A model generated the notes under the pieces. The model saw only the letters and a list, made by a program, of their open reading frames with translations, did not search any database and was not told the DNA's origin. This document shows positions 49,644 to 62,502 of a stretch of DNA of 64,000 nucleotides, one piece after another; position 1 is the first letter of the stretch, and the number at the start of each line of letters is the position of its first letter. Both the position numbers and the translations under genes were made by a program. The stretch comes from Lama glama (taxonomy: Eukaryota). The DNA lies in contig CM052817.1 in NCBI GenBank assembly GCA_028534125.1, positions 13,766,001-13,830,000 of the forward strand, given 5' to 3'.

Positions 49644-50525
49644 GGTAAGCACATCCAAACAGGAAAACACAATTTTATTATATACGAAATTGCCAAGAGT
49701 TGCAGTTGCAAAAGGTTGTTTTCCTTTAGCATAATGTTTAGAAACACAAATCTTGTGTAACTCAGAGTACACATCACTCTTGATTTGGACTTTAGAAAAA
49801 AATGTTCGGTTTTCTCTAAAGTTCAAATTGTGCTCAGATTTCAGAGAAAATTTCATCTTCTCATGACTCAGATTTTTATTTTAGGGAAGTTTTTGTTCTT
49901 CTCAGTAAGTTACACAGATTTCCAGGCTCCAGAGAAAGTCTTTATAGTTCCCTCCTTGGACATTTACCTCACACTTTGCCAGGAGCTTTTCTTATTCTAA
50001 TTTTCCTCCCTGATCCATAGCTTCATTCTTTTGCCTGCCTCAGTTTACTCATCTGTGAAAAGGGGATAGAAATACATACCCTACCAGGTTCTGCAAATGT
50101 GAAAGCTTGTCAAATCTCTGAGTAAAAGGTAGCTGATCGTTATCATTAACATCTTTCTGGATCTTTTCAGCTAATACTTAGGGGCAAAATACTTCCAGTT
50201 CATTTTCCCTATCTGAGAGAGTTTAACTCTTTTTTTTTCCATTCATTTCCGCAAATGGTAAATGCGTCCGCACTAGCCACCTGCTACCTCAGCAGACAGC
50301 AATGCGGAACACCATCAGAAAGAATAATTTCTACTGGCGGAACACAAGCTCTTTGCCACTTTTTTTCCACTGTCCTCTTCATTTCGGACCCTTTAACTGC
50401 ACTGCTCATTGCTCAAAGTTCGGTACATCTTACAAGGCTGGCTCAAAACACAGCCTTTCTCTCTTGTCTACAGTATTAAGAGATGCCTTCCCTTCTTGAT
50501 TTCAATCATAAATAGCCTAAGTCTT

Positions 50526-51318
50526 TTTTTTTTTAAGTATTGCCAATTTACAATGTTGAGTTAGCTGTGTTAATTTCTGGTGTACAGTATAGTGATTCAG
50601 TTTTATATATAGATATATAGATATATAGATATATAGATATATAGATATATTCCTTTTCATATTTTTTCAATATAGGCCATTATAAAGTATTGAGTATAGT
50701 TCCCTGAGCTATATAGTAGGACCTTCTTGTTTGTCTATTTTATATAAAGTAGTTAATATCTACAAATCTCAAACTCCAATTTATCCCTCCCCACATCCTT
50801 TTGCCCCGGTAACCGTAAGTTTGTTTTCTATGTCTGTGAGTCTGTCTCTGTTTTGTAAATAAGTTCATTTGTGTCTTTTTTTTTAAGATTCCACATATAA
50901 GTGATATCATGTGTATTTGTCTTTCTCTTTCTGACTTTGTTCACTTAATATGATAATCTCTAGGTCCATTCATGTTGCTGCAAATGGTATTATTTTTTAT
51001 GGCTGAGTAGTATTTCATTGTATAGATATACCACATCTTCTTTACCCAGTCATCTGTCGATGGACATTTAGGTTGCTTCCATGCCTTTGTTATTGTAAAT
51101 ATTGCTGCTATGAATAGCGGGGTGCATGTATCTTTTCGAATTAGAATTTCCTCCAGATATACACCCACAAGTGGGATTGCTGGATTATAGGGTAAGTCTA
51201 TTTTCAACTTTTAAAGAAAGATTCACACTGTTTTCCATACTGGCTGCACCAAACTACATTCCCACCAACAGTGTAGGGGGGCTCCCTATTCTACACACCC
51301 TCTGCAGCATTTATCAAC
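50526..51318 (-). mobile_element. 5'-truncated cetartiodactyl-type L1 with TSD, containing an ORF2p C-terminal fragment
   Basis: ORF 50941-51207 reads 'LPYNPAIPLVGVY...TCTPLFIAAIFTITKAWKQPKCPSTDDWVKKMWYIYTMKYYSAIK', which is the L1 ORF2p C-terminus. Poly(T) at 50524-50533. TSD aaatagcctaagtctt/aaacagcctaactctt. Internal (ATAGATAT)n at ~50605-50650. Confidence 0.95.
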
Positions 51319-52809
51319 AAACAGCCTAACTCTTATTCCCAAGTAAATAATTACCTCTATTTGCCTTCCTGCTCACATGTACACTTTATCAAGTATATCA
51401 ATAATACCTTTTGAAAAATATTTATTCCCTCCTTCCTTTCTCTCTGCTATTCTCTTATTACTTCAATAGTTTTCTACACCAAACTTTTATTATCCTAAAG
51501 ATGACAGCCAAATTATCATAAGGAGTCAATGATTTTATGAGGGAAGTATGTATCTAGCCTAATTCACACTGAAACACACCTAGCAATGTCCACAGATATT
51601 TCCAGCAAAGGCCCCTGCTGTGGTCACAGAACCACTGAAGTATATCGGAGGATATTTAAAGTCCATACACTCTGGGGAAGCAAGTACTGGGCCCAGGGTA
51701 AAGTAAGGGAGAGAGAATACAGATAAATACATTCTCCTGAAGTACACATATCACCTTATCAAGCATCTCTAAATGAAATTAGTTCAAATTCCTAATCTTA
51801 CTTAAAAATTCACTTATTAAAGTAGGATTTAGATAGCAGTCAAGCAAGCAGCACTTTATACACTTGGGTAAAACATACAATTTTCCTTCCTGCCTTTCTC
51901 AATTCTTTTTTTTTTTAATAGCCAAACTCAGGTTTTGAGGGAAAAAATAGCCACCAATCATCGTATTTTATGGTAGCATTGATTTTAATTTTTTTCTAGA
52001 CTCCATATGTTTGACTTAAGGCAACATGGGTATTTTCTCATTTCATCTTCTTCTGGGCACTATGGTGATAAGTAATTCATTTCTTTTGTTACCTCTAAGG
52101 GATAGCAGCTGAAACCAATAAACATCAATGTTATCATTTACATGGGTGTATGGTTCACTACGGACAATCCTCAAGACCATAGCAAATCTATTTTTCAGTG
52201 ATTTTACATGTACATTTAAGTTTCTCATTCCAACTAAGCAAATATGAAATTCCAAGGAAGCTCACTGTGTATGACTAGAGACAGCAGAATTCAAGGGTTA
52301 TCTAATGGCAGAAGTAATACATAGATAATAAGATCATTGATATTTTATTAAGGGCAGAGGAACATACAAGAGACTGGCAAACTGCAAAGGGCATAACCTC
52401 TAAGGGCAACACCTGCTCATTCAGTCTCACTGAGAAGATGTCTACTTATTTTATCGAAATTCATTTTTGCTTATTTTAAGTGTGCTTGTTTGTCCTCTGC
52501 TAGGAACAGAGGAAGCTGGGTGAGAAATGTAATAGGGTTTTTATTATTCAAAAGAACAGAGGAGAATCATTTTCCAGGAACATATTGCCTGCAGGTCCGT
52601 CTGTACCAGCAATCTGATGACTCTGGCACTAGGACAGGTAGATGTTCCTTACTCTTTCTCCAGCATTTCCTTCTTCTGCAAGTTTTTAATTCTACTTGCA
52701 GATCATTCACTCTCTATGCTTGATACATCCTGACAACCTACTGCTCCCATTCTAACTGGACTGAGACAAAATGACAGCAAATACAGAATAAGCTCCCGGC
52801 TAGGGTGGC

Positions 52810-53065
52810 GGGAGACAGGCTCTGTAGCCAGCAGCCCTGGGAGTGAAACTTGACTGTGTACTTTACTAGCCTTTGACTTTAGGAATTTCACTCAGTGTTT
52901 CTAAGTCTCAATGTTCTCATCTGTCAAATGGGTCTAACAGTACCAACAGCAGTAACTGCAGCAGCAACTCTCAGTTCATCAGGTTGGTGTGACAGTAAAA
53001 TGAGGAAACCTTTATGAATCATGTAGCAACTGGCACTTGGTGGGCAGCCAAGAATACCAGCTCTT
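52810..53065 (+). mobile_element. MIR SINE
   Basis: 'ctaagtctcaatgttctcatctgtcaaatgggtctaacagtacc'. Confidence 0.75.
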
Positions 53066-53829
53066 TAGGTGGAGGAAAGGTTCGTCATACCTAACAGTTT
53101 TGTCAGGTGATTATCTTCCTGATGAATTTTGAGTGGTGACAACACTGTTTCAAAGAATTCCTGTTGCAATTGCCTTATAGATGCAGTTTTATAAAAGAGG
53201 ACAGCTTCTTGTTGGATTGAAGAAAAAATTAGCAGAGGAAAAGCAAATCTTCAAAGCAAAACCTGTGGCTAACTGTATCCTGCTTTTAATCACTTAAACT
53301 GCGAAATCCACAGCGGCAAGCCACCACAAGCCAGAGGTCCCATACAAGCACTTGACCCAAGTAAGACATTAAATCAAAGTGTGGCTTTTTCTCTCTTCCC
53401 AATTAGCATGAAAATATGTTGAAGGTGATAATAACAATAATTTACTGTAACATTTCTTATGTTACTGTTTTTAAAAATTATGACTATATTATGTATAGAG
53501 AATTGCTAAGAAATTCAGTTCAGTCTTTAGCAAATTAAACACACACTGTTGAAAGAATATCTTGAATTGATGATTTTTGCAATTACGTTAAAAAAAAGCT
53601 TCCTGACACAGGTAATGCCCATCCCTCCAAATGTATGTTAGGACTTTCTGTCTCTATTGAGTGTTATCACCCTGCCCACAGTAGCAGCCTGGACTTTTCC
53701 TTCATGCATTAACCATCATGGTAATGGATTAATTACTAATATAGCTATTTGTTCAAGATCTAACTCACTATTCCATCCTTAGACTCTGGAAAGAAGTTGA
53801 GCACATGGTAAACCCTCAAAAAAGTGGGG

Positions 53830-54085
53830 AGGCAGAATGGGCCATGGTGAGGAGCCAAGTCAGCTTTAGACTCAGAAAGACCTGGATTTGAATCTGGATA
53901 AAACCAGACTCTACACGCAAACACATATTTGGGAAAAACTGCTAAGTTCCCTAATTGGTTTCCTCTTCGATAAAATGAGGAGAATAATACTAACATTGTA
54001 GAGCTATTGTAAAGAGTAAAAGAAAAAAAATACCAAACACATAGGATTATACCTGATACATGCCAAGGGTTTCATGAAGAATTGC
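53830..54085 (+). mobile_element. MIR SINE
   Basis: 'ctttagactcagaaagacctggatttgaatctgg...tttcctcttcgataaaatgaggagaataatac'. Confidence 0.75.
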
Positions 54086-57000
54086 TGTCAATATCACGAT
54101 TATTACATAGAGAATACACGTACAATTAATTGTTGAACGTAATAATGAGAACAAGGCTTTCAAAGGCATCAACCCCTCCCACCACCCCTACTTCATAACT
54201 CCATCCATGTCTTTTTGAAATGTACATCCAGCTTCCCTGTCACTTTTAAACTTCAACAGAAAGTAGCTTACACCATCAAACAGAACGTCAATGAAATATA
54301 ACTGTGTTAAGTCTAAGATGTCACCCGTGTTATCAATTAATATTTTGAAGAAGAAACTATATTGTTGCTAGAAGCAGTTCACGTCCATCAGTAATATAAG
54401 AATGCTTTTCATAATACTGTATGAAAAACCTACTTATGTTTGAAAAGCGCAATGATAATTCACTAAAGGAAGCATTTTCTTCAACATGAGGTTGTCATCT
54501 GATAGGTATACAGGAAAGCAAAACACACAAATGCTTGCCATGCAAAGTGAAAATTCTTCTGAAAGTCAGTTAATTCAACTCTTCTACTCTCTTTGGTTTA
54601 TTTTTTAAACCACTTGAGAAAGATTATGTTCACAGAAGTTAATCTTTTTAGTAATTATTTAGCTTTATAAAAAGTTTATTCAAATGCCAGAGGTCTAGTA
54701 AAACATTAAATTAAGGAATTTCACTTTCCATTTCATGGTATTTGTAAAATTTGCATTTCTTTTCGCCCTTTTATGCCCTCGGCTACATCAACGACAATTC
54801 AAATGTGCCTGAGTACCTACAATTTTGTAGTTCAAATCCATTCCTACTGTTAAATAGTGAAGAAGAAGAAGAAGAAAAAATCCAATGTGATCTTTGTGAG
54901 GAAACATGATTCTTAAGAAATACGAGAAAAGGGTGTCAAAGCAGCTTTCAAAATTTTGGTGCCAGTGTTAATGGCTTTGACCATTTCACACTTCTCAGTA
55001 CTAATCTTGCTCATCCTAAAACTGCAATTCTCCCAGGAAGAAGACACAACAGGGAGGGCTTTTGGCTTCTTCTTAGTACTGTTAAGTGGTTATATTGTTG
55101 CTTCTTTCACCTTGGGACCATCTGCTAAACAATCTTGGGGCCTGCAAACCACCGACCTCATGCCCTGTCTAACTAACTGTGCAAGACATGGCGCTAATCT
55201 CTCTTTAGCCCCTGGCAGTACTGGATGACGTGATTTCAGGTCTACAGGAGGACACAGCCCACCCAGAGTAACCAGAGTGCAGCCTGCGTGACATTCATCT
55301 TACCATTTTAAACTAAGCACAATTTCTCCTTGCTTTTTGGGGGGACTTGGGGGTGGGTAGGCAATTCTTATGTTCCTAACATGGGAGCAGGTGCTGGAGA
55401 TGTGATGATACACCAGGCAAGATGAACAGTAATGGAAAGCGAAAGGTTAGCAAATAGTTACAACCAACATCCTAAACTCCACAGGCTTTAAAAGTAAACC
55501 TAGGGACATCTGTACCTTATTTGCTATCCTTAAAAAAAAAAAAAAGACTAGAAAAAAGAAATCCTAATGGCCAATGGAGATGAGAACCTGTTTACATATT
55601 CTTCCACCTATCAAGCCCCATGCAAATTAAATGCGTAATTACATTTAGATGGCACAGCTGCTCTGGAACTTCTTCCTCGCAGCGTTTATTTGTGAGTTTC
55701 AAATGTTTCATAAGGAAACTTGAAAGAAAAATGTAAATATTTTGAAAAGGAGTTACAATTTGTCAGCAGTAATCCTTCCCTGGATAGGGAGAGGACGGCA
55801 AATCCTAGTAAATCAGAGAATTGTGGCTTTCAAAAATCATAGCATTACCCTGAAATTCAATCTGCTAGTATCATTTTTCCAAGCAATCCCTCTATGCATT
55901 CAATTTCTTTGTCATTTATTACAGTAAGAAGCAAAATGGTCCAAAAGAGAATGGCTTGCAGTAAGCACAGAGATATGCTGAACAAAGACAGAATTTGATA
56001 GCGTGCACAAACATGGGGGAACAAACAACACATTGTTTATCTGGTAATCCGAGGCACGTCCTCATCTGAGAGCTTTGTGTATCTGACAGCAGAGAGAGAA
56101 GAAATCATGCTTACTGAATGTTAAAATGTGTGATAAGGTGCACATGATATTTTAAAGGAATATGAGACCAGGAGCTTATGCTGCTACGTAGGAAGGCCTG
56201 GAAAGAATTCACAAATGATCAAGGTGGACATAGGTCTTTTGAAGACTTTTAAGCTACAAGGAAACCAGGTAATGGGCGCTGCCATAGGCCAATTTGTTTT
56301 ACTGGTGCCATGTAATCCCTTTCTGAGCACATCAGGGATACTTCCTAGTGCTGAAAGATGGTGGTCACGTGTGCGACAACAGAATGCTAGTTAACTCGGA
56401 AATGAGGACCAGGGATCCACATTTATCACGGCCAGTGCACCCAATAATGAAACACAGCTGCATCACTCTTGGAAGATGAACAATCTCTCATGAGACAGAT
56501 TTTTCCAGAGATCAGTTTAAGCTTTTAAATGACAGATGAAACCAATTTAAGGGTGGCAGGGTTACTCTCAAATAATATGGCTTAAAATACTTAAAAGGAA
56601 GCAATGTTTTTATTCCTGACTTGTCAGTTCCACCATACCCTCCTCCATGATTATTTGGACATTTGTAAGGCAGAGCATCCACAGCCTGGCACATAGTAGG
56701 AAGACAATGAATGGTAGAAATTCTTATTTGTGTTACTATTATGATTCTTTTTCTTACTAGAATGACATGACCTCGACACATGATTCATTTTTATGCTTCC
56801 AAATAGTGATCTTAATTATAACTCTTCCCAATAGTCAACAATTTCACATTGTTTTGTATTACTCTAAAGGGCATGAATTGATTTTGAATCCTTTTCTCTA
56901 GACTTATAACTTACAAGCAGCCATCCAATTAAACTCAGAAGGAAAATTTATTATAGTTTGGGAGAGAAATTTAACAGTAGGGTGTCCCACCAGTGGGTAA

Positions 57001-57382
57001 TGTCAGTGTTTTCTTCCAGGTAAATAGTTTCATCAAAATGCTATATTGCTTTAATTCTACGATGACATCAATTTTGGTCACATTATCAGTCTACTCTCAA
57101 CTTTTTTCTCTCCCCAGAAAAACACTCCGTTGAATGTACGGATTAATTATAAACCACATCACAATTTTAGAAACTTTCTAAGATAATAAACTATGGGTTT
57201 TTGTTGTTGTTGAGGAAACAGATAGTAACTTGTGAGCATAAATTAAATGTATAGAATCTTATGTACTTTTATGTTCTGTTAGTGTGGCCTTAAAATTGTA
57301 GTATCAAATAAGAAATTAACACTGAGCCTAATTACACTCATTTTATTAATGACAGCTCTCATCCTAATTTCCAGCTCACTCT

Positions 57383-58675
57383 TGTCTTAGTCTGTTCAGG
57401 CTGCTGTAACAGAATAACATACCCTGAGTGCCATAAACAACAAACATTTCTTTTCCATAGTTCTAGAGACTAGACATCCAAAATCAGGGTGCTGGTATTG
57501 TTGGGTTCTTGTTGAAGGCCCCCCTTCTGGTTTACAATGGTGGTCTTCTCATTTTCTCACATTGCAAAGAGAGAGAAAGGGGGCTAGCACTCTTACTTTT
57601 TTAAAAGGTCACTAATTCTACGATGGGGGCTCCACCCCCTTGACCTAATTACCTCTCCAAAGTTCCACCTCTGATTGTCATCACATTAGCACTTCAGCAT
57701 ATGAATTAATCTGGTGAAATGCTGTGGAGCCAATGTTTGTATCCCTCCCAGCACCCCAAAACCCATGTCTTTATCACATGCAAGATACATTCATTCTATC
57801 CTCAGAGCCCCAAAATCTTAAGTTGTTCCAGCTTCAACTCCAAGTGTAAAGTTCAAAGTCTTATCTAAATGTCATCTAAATCAAACATGAGTGAGATCCC
57901 AGGTACAATTAACCTCAAGCAAAATTCCTCTCCAGCTGTGAGCCTGTGAAACTAAAGAAGTTATGTGCTCCCTAAATTCAATGATGGGCTGGCATAGGAT
58001 AGAGATCCCATTCCAAAAGAGAGAAATAGGAATTAGAAGAAAAGAGTGACAGGTCCCAAGAAAAGTCTAAAACCTGGCAAGGCAAACTCCATGAGATCTT
58101 AATGTTGGAAAATAATCCTCTTGGGCTCAACGCTCTACCTTCCAGACTCACTGGGGTGGCAATGTCACCCCCACAACTTGGAAGGATGCTGCCCCTACTG
58201 CAGCTCTCTGCCCTGGTGGGGCTGGTGCCCTGACAGCTCTGACTGGCCCTACCCTCGTCACTTCTGTTGGAGCCTGTCTGACCGAGGCTATGACCTTGGT
58301 GATCTCTGGATTGCCTTCAGGGTCTCTCTGCCCTTTCATTCAAGGATAGCACACGTTCGCAGCTATCCTTCATCAGGTCCAGTCTGCTTCCTCCTCAGTT
58401 CACACCGGCAGCTTCCTGCTGGGGTGGTTGATTAGTTCTGCGGTTCACACTCACGTTAATCTCCTTATCAAATGGTCAGCCTTCCACACTTTGGGTCCTG
58501 TCTTCTGAACAGGCCTTCTCAGTTTCTTATAATATGGACAGCTCTGGTTCCTTTTTTGCTTAACAATTTTGTCTTCAATTTGTTTCTCTCATCTTGCAGT
58601 TAGGAGGAACCAAGCCACTCCTTCAAGACTTTGCTTAGAAATCTTCCCAGCTAAATGTCTGATTCCATTGAATGG
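57383..58675 (-). mobile_element. MaLR provirus remnant: MLT1A-like LTR (~57383-57735) plus internal sequence
   Basis: LTR 'tgtcttagtctgttcaggctgctgtaacag'. Internal 'cacatgcaagatacattcattc...gcaaaattcctctccagctgtgagcctgtgaaa...cccattccaaaagagagaaatagg'. Confidence 0.88.
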
Positions 58676-58797
58676 GACCTCTGCTTCTTCATAAGCCATT
58701 GTCTCACTCTCCATACTTTTTTCTGGAATTGTCCATGGCTTTCATGACATACAGCAGCCTGGAATCTCTTGCCAATCTCACTCTCTCTCCTCCTTCT

Positions 58798-59222
58798 TCT
58801 TTAAAAATATTTTATTGTGGTAAAATATACATGACATAAAATGTATCATTTTCACCATTCTTATGTGTACAATTCAATGGCATTAAGTACATTCATAATG
58901 TTGTGTAACCATCACTGCAATCTATTTCCAGAAATTTTTCATCCTCCCAAAATACAACTCCAGGTTTATCCATGTTGTAGCTTGTATCAGAATGTTATTC
59001 CTTTTTATGGCCGATTGATATTCCATTGTGTGTACATACTGTCACATTTTGTTTATCCATTCATCTGTTGAAGGACACTTGGATTTTCCCCGCCTATTGT
59101 GAAGAATGATGCCATGAACACTGGTGTACAAGCATCTGAGTCCTGCTTTCAATTTGTTAGGTATATACCTAGGAGTGGAATTACTGGATCATAAGGTAAT
59201 TCTATGTTCAAGTTTCTGGGGA
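58798..59222 (-). mobile_element. L1MB-like 3' end
   Basis: 'ttttattgtggtaaaatatacatgacataaaatg...gtacaattcaatggcattaagtacattcataatgttgtgtaaccatcac...gtatatacctaggagtggaattactggatc'. Confidence 0.9.
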
Positions 59223-59621
59223 ACCACCAAACTGTTTTCCTCTCTGCTCTTTTTTTAAAATGTCCTTTCAGTCTCCATCTTTCTTGCTCTTTGCACAGCT
59301 TTATCTTTTTCTGTCTTGCCTTCTCTCTCTCTCTCTTTTTTTTTTTTTATTACTGTTTTCTTTCCCCTCTCCTGCCCTTTCCATTCTTAAACAATCATTA
59401 GTTACAGCATCCAGTGTGTTCATCATATTCATTGAATAGATTCACATGGTGGTTTTACTCATTAAAAGGCAGATAAATACGAGAATTCCTTAAGAAGAAA
59501 ACTAAACGGCTTTTTGCAGTTGGTTTACTATTTGTTTGTTTTGTTAATGCAGATGACTCTGAACTGATTTTATTTGACAGGTGATTTGTTCTTACCTTCT
59601 CAAGTGCTATGTACTCTAAGC

Positions 59622-59835
59622 CAGAGGCTGACAAACTTTTTCCCTAAAAGCCATAGAGTAAATAAGCTTTGTAGGCCATATGGTCCCTGCTACATCTATT
59701 CAGGTCTGCCAGTTTCACAAAAGCAGACACTAATATGACAGAAGTGGATGGCCATAGCTGTGCTGCAGTCAATTTTTATTTACCAAAACCAGGTGGGCTG
59801 GATTTGACCTTTGGGATGTAGTTGATGGACCTCTT
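59622..59835. mobile_element. MER58A hAT MITE
   Basis: 'cagaggctgacaaactttttccctaaaagcc...ctttgtaggccatatggtccctg...aaaaccaggtgggctggatttgacc'. Confidence 0.85.
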
Positions 59836-59914
59836 ACATTTGGGGGTAGGAAATCAGTTTTTATGCATATTTTTTTTCCAAATAAAGAAGATTAGGAAAG
59901 AAGAAGTTTTGGAA

Positions 59915-60800
59915 ATGTTCATTCATTTATCTGTTCATTTATTCAACAAGTGCCTAGTAGGTATCTGGCATTATTTCATTTTCCTTTTGGGGAAACAGTG
60001 GAAATCAAGACAGACAAAGCCCTTGCCATATGGATCTTACCTTCTGAGACAGGAGACAGAAAATAGAAATCCAACATATATAAATTCAAATAACAGTCAG
60101 TGCTAGAATATAGACTACGGCAATGAAAGAGTGCCTGTTGGGGGCTACCTGAGCTAGCAGTAGCCAGAGAAGAGCTCTCTGAGGAGGAAACATTTGAGTA
60201 AAGACCTACAAGGTCTGCAGAACCCTATGGTTCTGATGGGAAAGACCAAAGCACATGCAAAGGCCCTGAGGCAGAGAAAAACAGTGAATATTCAGGAAGG
60301 CAGGTGTGGCTCCAGGACAGTGGCCTAGAGAGAGGGAGGTGGTGTAATCACAGAAGCCACAGAATCCAGGTTGCATAATGTCTTGTAGATCCTGATAGTT
60401 GACGCTACCACGGCCAGAGAGCACTTGTGCTGGGGACAGCATGGAGAGCAAGTTACACGTGGTTCCTGATTTGTACAGCGGTAACTGTGTGGGGAAAGAC
60501 CACAGCAATCACGTGCCAGGGCTGTGATCAGGGCTGGATTCACCGGCAGGCAATCTGTTCGCACACGATCCCATGTTCAGGAGGCCTCCAGGCTTAATTT
60601 AATGCTCCAGTGTTGCCGTTTTTTGATTCTTACTAGTTTTCTTTAACATGGGTCTTATATTTTCATTTTTCAATGGGTGTGCAAGTTATTTAGCTGATCC
60701 TAGCTTTGATGGGGGCAGAATGGAAGGCTACGGAAGCCCCAAACAAGTGTCTAAATGAATTCTTTGAAAGGTAGAAGAGGTGGTAAGGAAAGATTTCTCA
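59915..60800 (-). mobile_element. L2 3' region (interrupted by MER91A)
   Basis: 'ttcattcatttatctgttcatttattcaacaagtgcctagtag', 'ctctgaggaggaaacatttgagtaaagacct', 'gcacatgcaaaggccctgaggcag'. Confidence 0.85.
60529..60702. mobile_element. MER91A-like hAT-Tip100 MITE with 8-bp TSD
   Basis: Ends 'cagggctggattca' and 'tttagctgatccta'; flanks gctgtgat (60521-60528) and gctttgat (60703-60710). Confidence 0.75.
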
Positions 60801-61789
60801 CCATAAGTAATGGATAATCTGTTAACTGACATGGGAAGACTGCAGAGAGGAGCAGATCTGGCCAGATGGAACAAGGAAAAGGGACGCAGATTAAGAGATA
60901 ACAACTGGCAGAAGGTCAAAACCTGTTTGCAATACTGTTCTTCTTTTTTGCCTAGTTGTTTGTTACAAAAGAGTGACAATAAAGACCCATACATGATCAT
61001 AGCCTAGGCTGCAATTATGTACTGGTGTCAGGTAAGCTGTTTTTTTTTTTTTAGAACCCATTGCTTAATTGCTTGTTGCTTTAATTACTCACACTCTTTT
61101 AAAGCTGTCTTTATGTGTCATAGTTGAGCCAAGAAGAAAGGAAAACTCACAGAGAAATTCTTCAAATGTGGCTGCAAACTAAGCTAATGGATTTATTTGA
61201 TGATTGGCCTGGTGTTTAAATAGAGTCCTGCTCATGCTTAGAAAAATGTTTCATCATCCAACTGACACCAAATACTCAAGGCTATGGAAAAAAAAAAATC
61301 TCACATTTCCCTCTGCTTGGGTAATTTCTGAATCTGCAAATCTCTCTAGTTGTCATTCAGTATTGATCACATATTGCAATTTAAACATTTATTTTAAAAC
61401 CACAAGAGGGGAATGGCAAAGTCATTACATGTTTCTTAACATCTTCCTTGGCACTTAGTGAAGCAATTCAAACTCTTGAGATTCTCAGTGCAGAGAAGGG
61501 GTGGCTTTTGTGCAATAATTTGAATGACTATGCCTGGGACATCTAGACGCACAGAGCAATTTGACAGAATGGAACAATGGGACTGCACTAAAGATACTGT
61601 TTACAAATTTTAGTGTATCAACTGGTTTTCTTCAAGAAAAATAATGAATTCCCTACTTTAAAATTGTCTCCCTAATTCTACCTGTTATATATTAATAAGA
61701 ATTTAAGCACCAATGAGCAATTACATTTTTCTCCTTAAATGATTACTGAAAATTTGAAATTAAAAAAAAATTGTTTTCCATCTCCTTTT

Positions 61790-61880
61790 GATCCTTCTTT
61801 CTGATGCAAGTATGGGGGGATTGAACCCAGGACCTTGTGCATATCAAGCACATGCTCCACCACTGAGCTATAGCCATTCC
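61790..61880 (-). mobile_element. tRNA-Ala-derived SINE (vic-1-like)
   Basis: Minus strand 'gctatagctcagtggtggagcatgtgcttgatatgcacaaggtcctgggttcaatcccc'. Confidence 0.8.
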
Positions 61881-62164
61881 ACTCCACCCCACCCCGCAAT
61901 ATTTCTTTTTGTAACCTTGCTCACCGTATTGATCTCTGCATGAAAGTATGGTTTATTGACTACTGACATGGCACAGTGTGGGTACCTGATAAATGTTCAA
62001 AGAATAAATAGATAGAAGAGTGAATAAGTAAGAAATGAGCATATATTTTAAGTCAGCCACAAGTGATAATCAACCTCAGATGCTAATGGTCTCAGTTATA
62101 ACCTATAAAAAGTTTCTGGAGTTTGAATTATTTTCTTAAAATTACAGTTCCTTCATAGGTTTGA

Positions 62165-62502
62165 CTGTCTCTGTGGCCACATTGCTGAGACAGGATGATT
62201 AGAATACGAGTGGAAGGGTTATATTCCGTTTCCAGACTTGGCACCCAAGAACTCCCCACACTATCCCCCATGCTCCCTCCCTTGCCTTCTGCAAATGGAC
62301 TGTCAAAGCATGAATGGACGTTGACAGTCAAGCATTGAAGATGGTGGAACCTGTCAGCCAGGATTCCTGAATGTGTGATGCAGTGCTCCCTGCTGCAATT
62401 TTGGACTATGAAAATGAAAAATAAACAGCTATTATGTTAAGACACAGATATTTCAGGAGCGTTTGTTTTGTTGTTGTCATAGCAGCCATTTTTCTCTAAC
62501 AC
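62165..62502 (+). mobile_element. MLT1J-like MaLR LTR
   Basis: 'tgaagatggtggaacctgtcagcc...aaaataaacagctattatgttaagacacagatatttcagg...catagcagcc'. Confidence 0.7.

Noticed and set aside
50941..51207. ORF with real protein similarity
   Set aside because: It is an L1 ORF2p C-terminal fragment in a truncated insertion, not a host gene.
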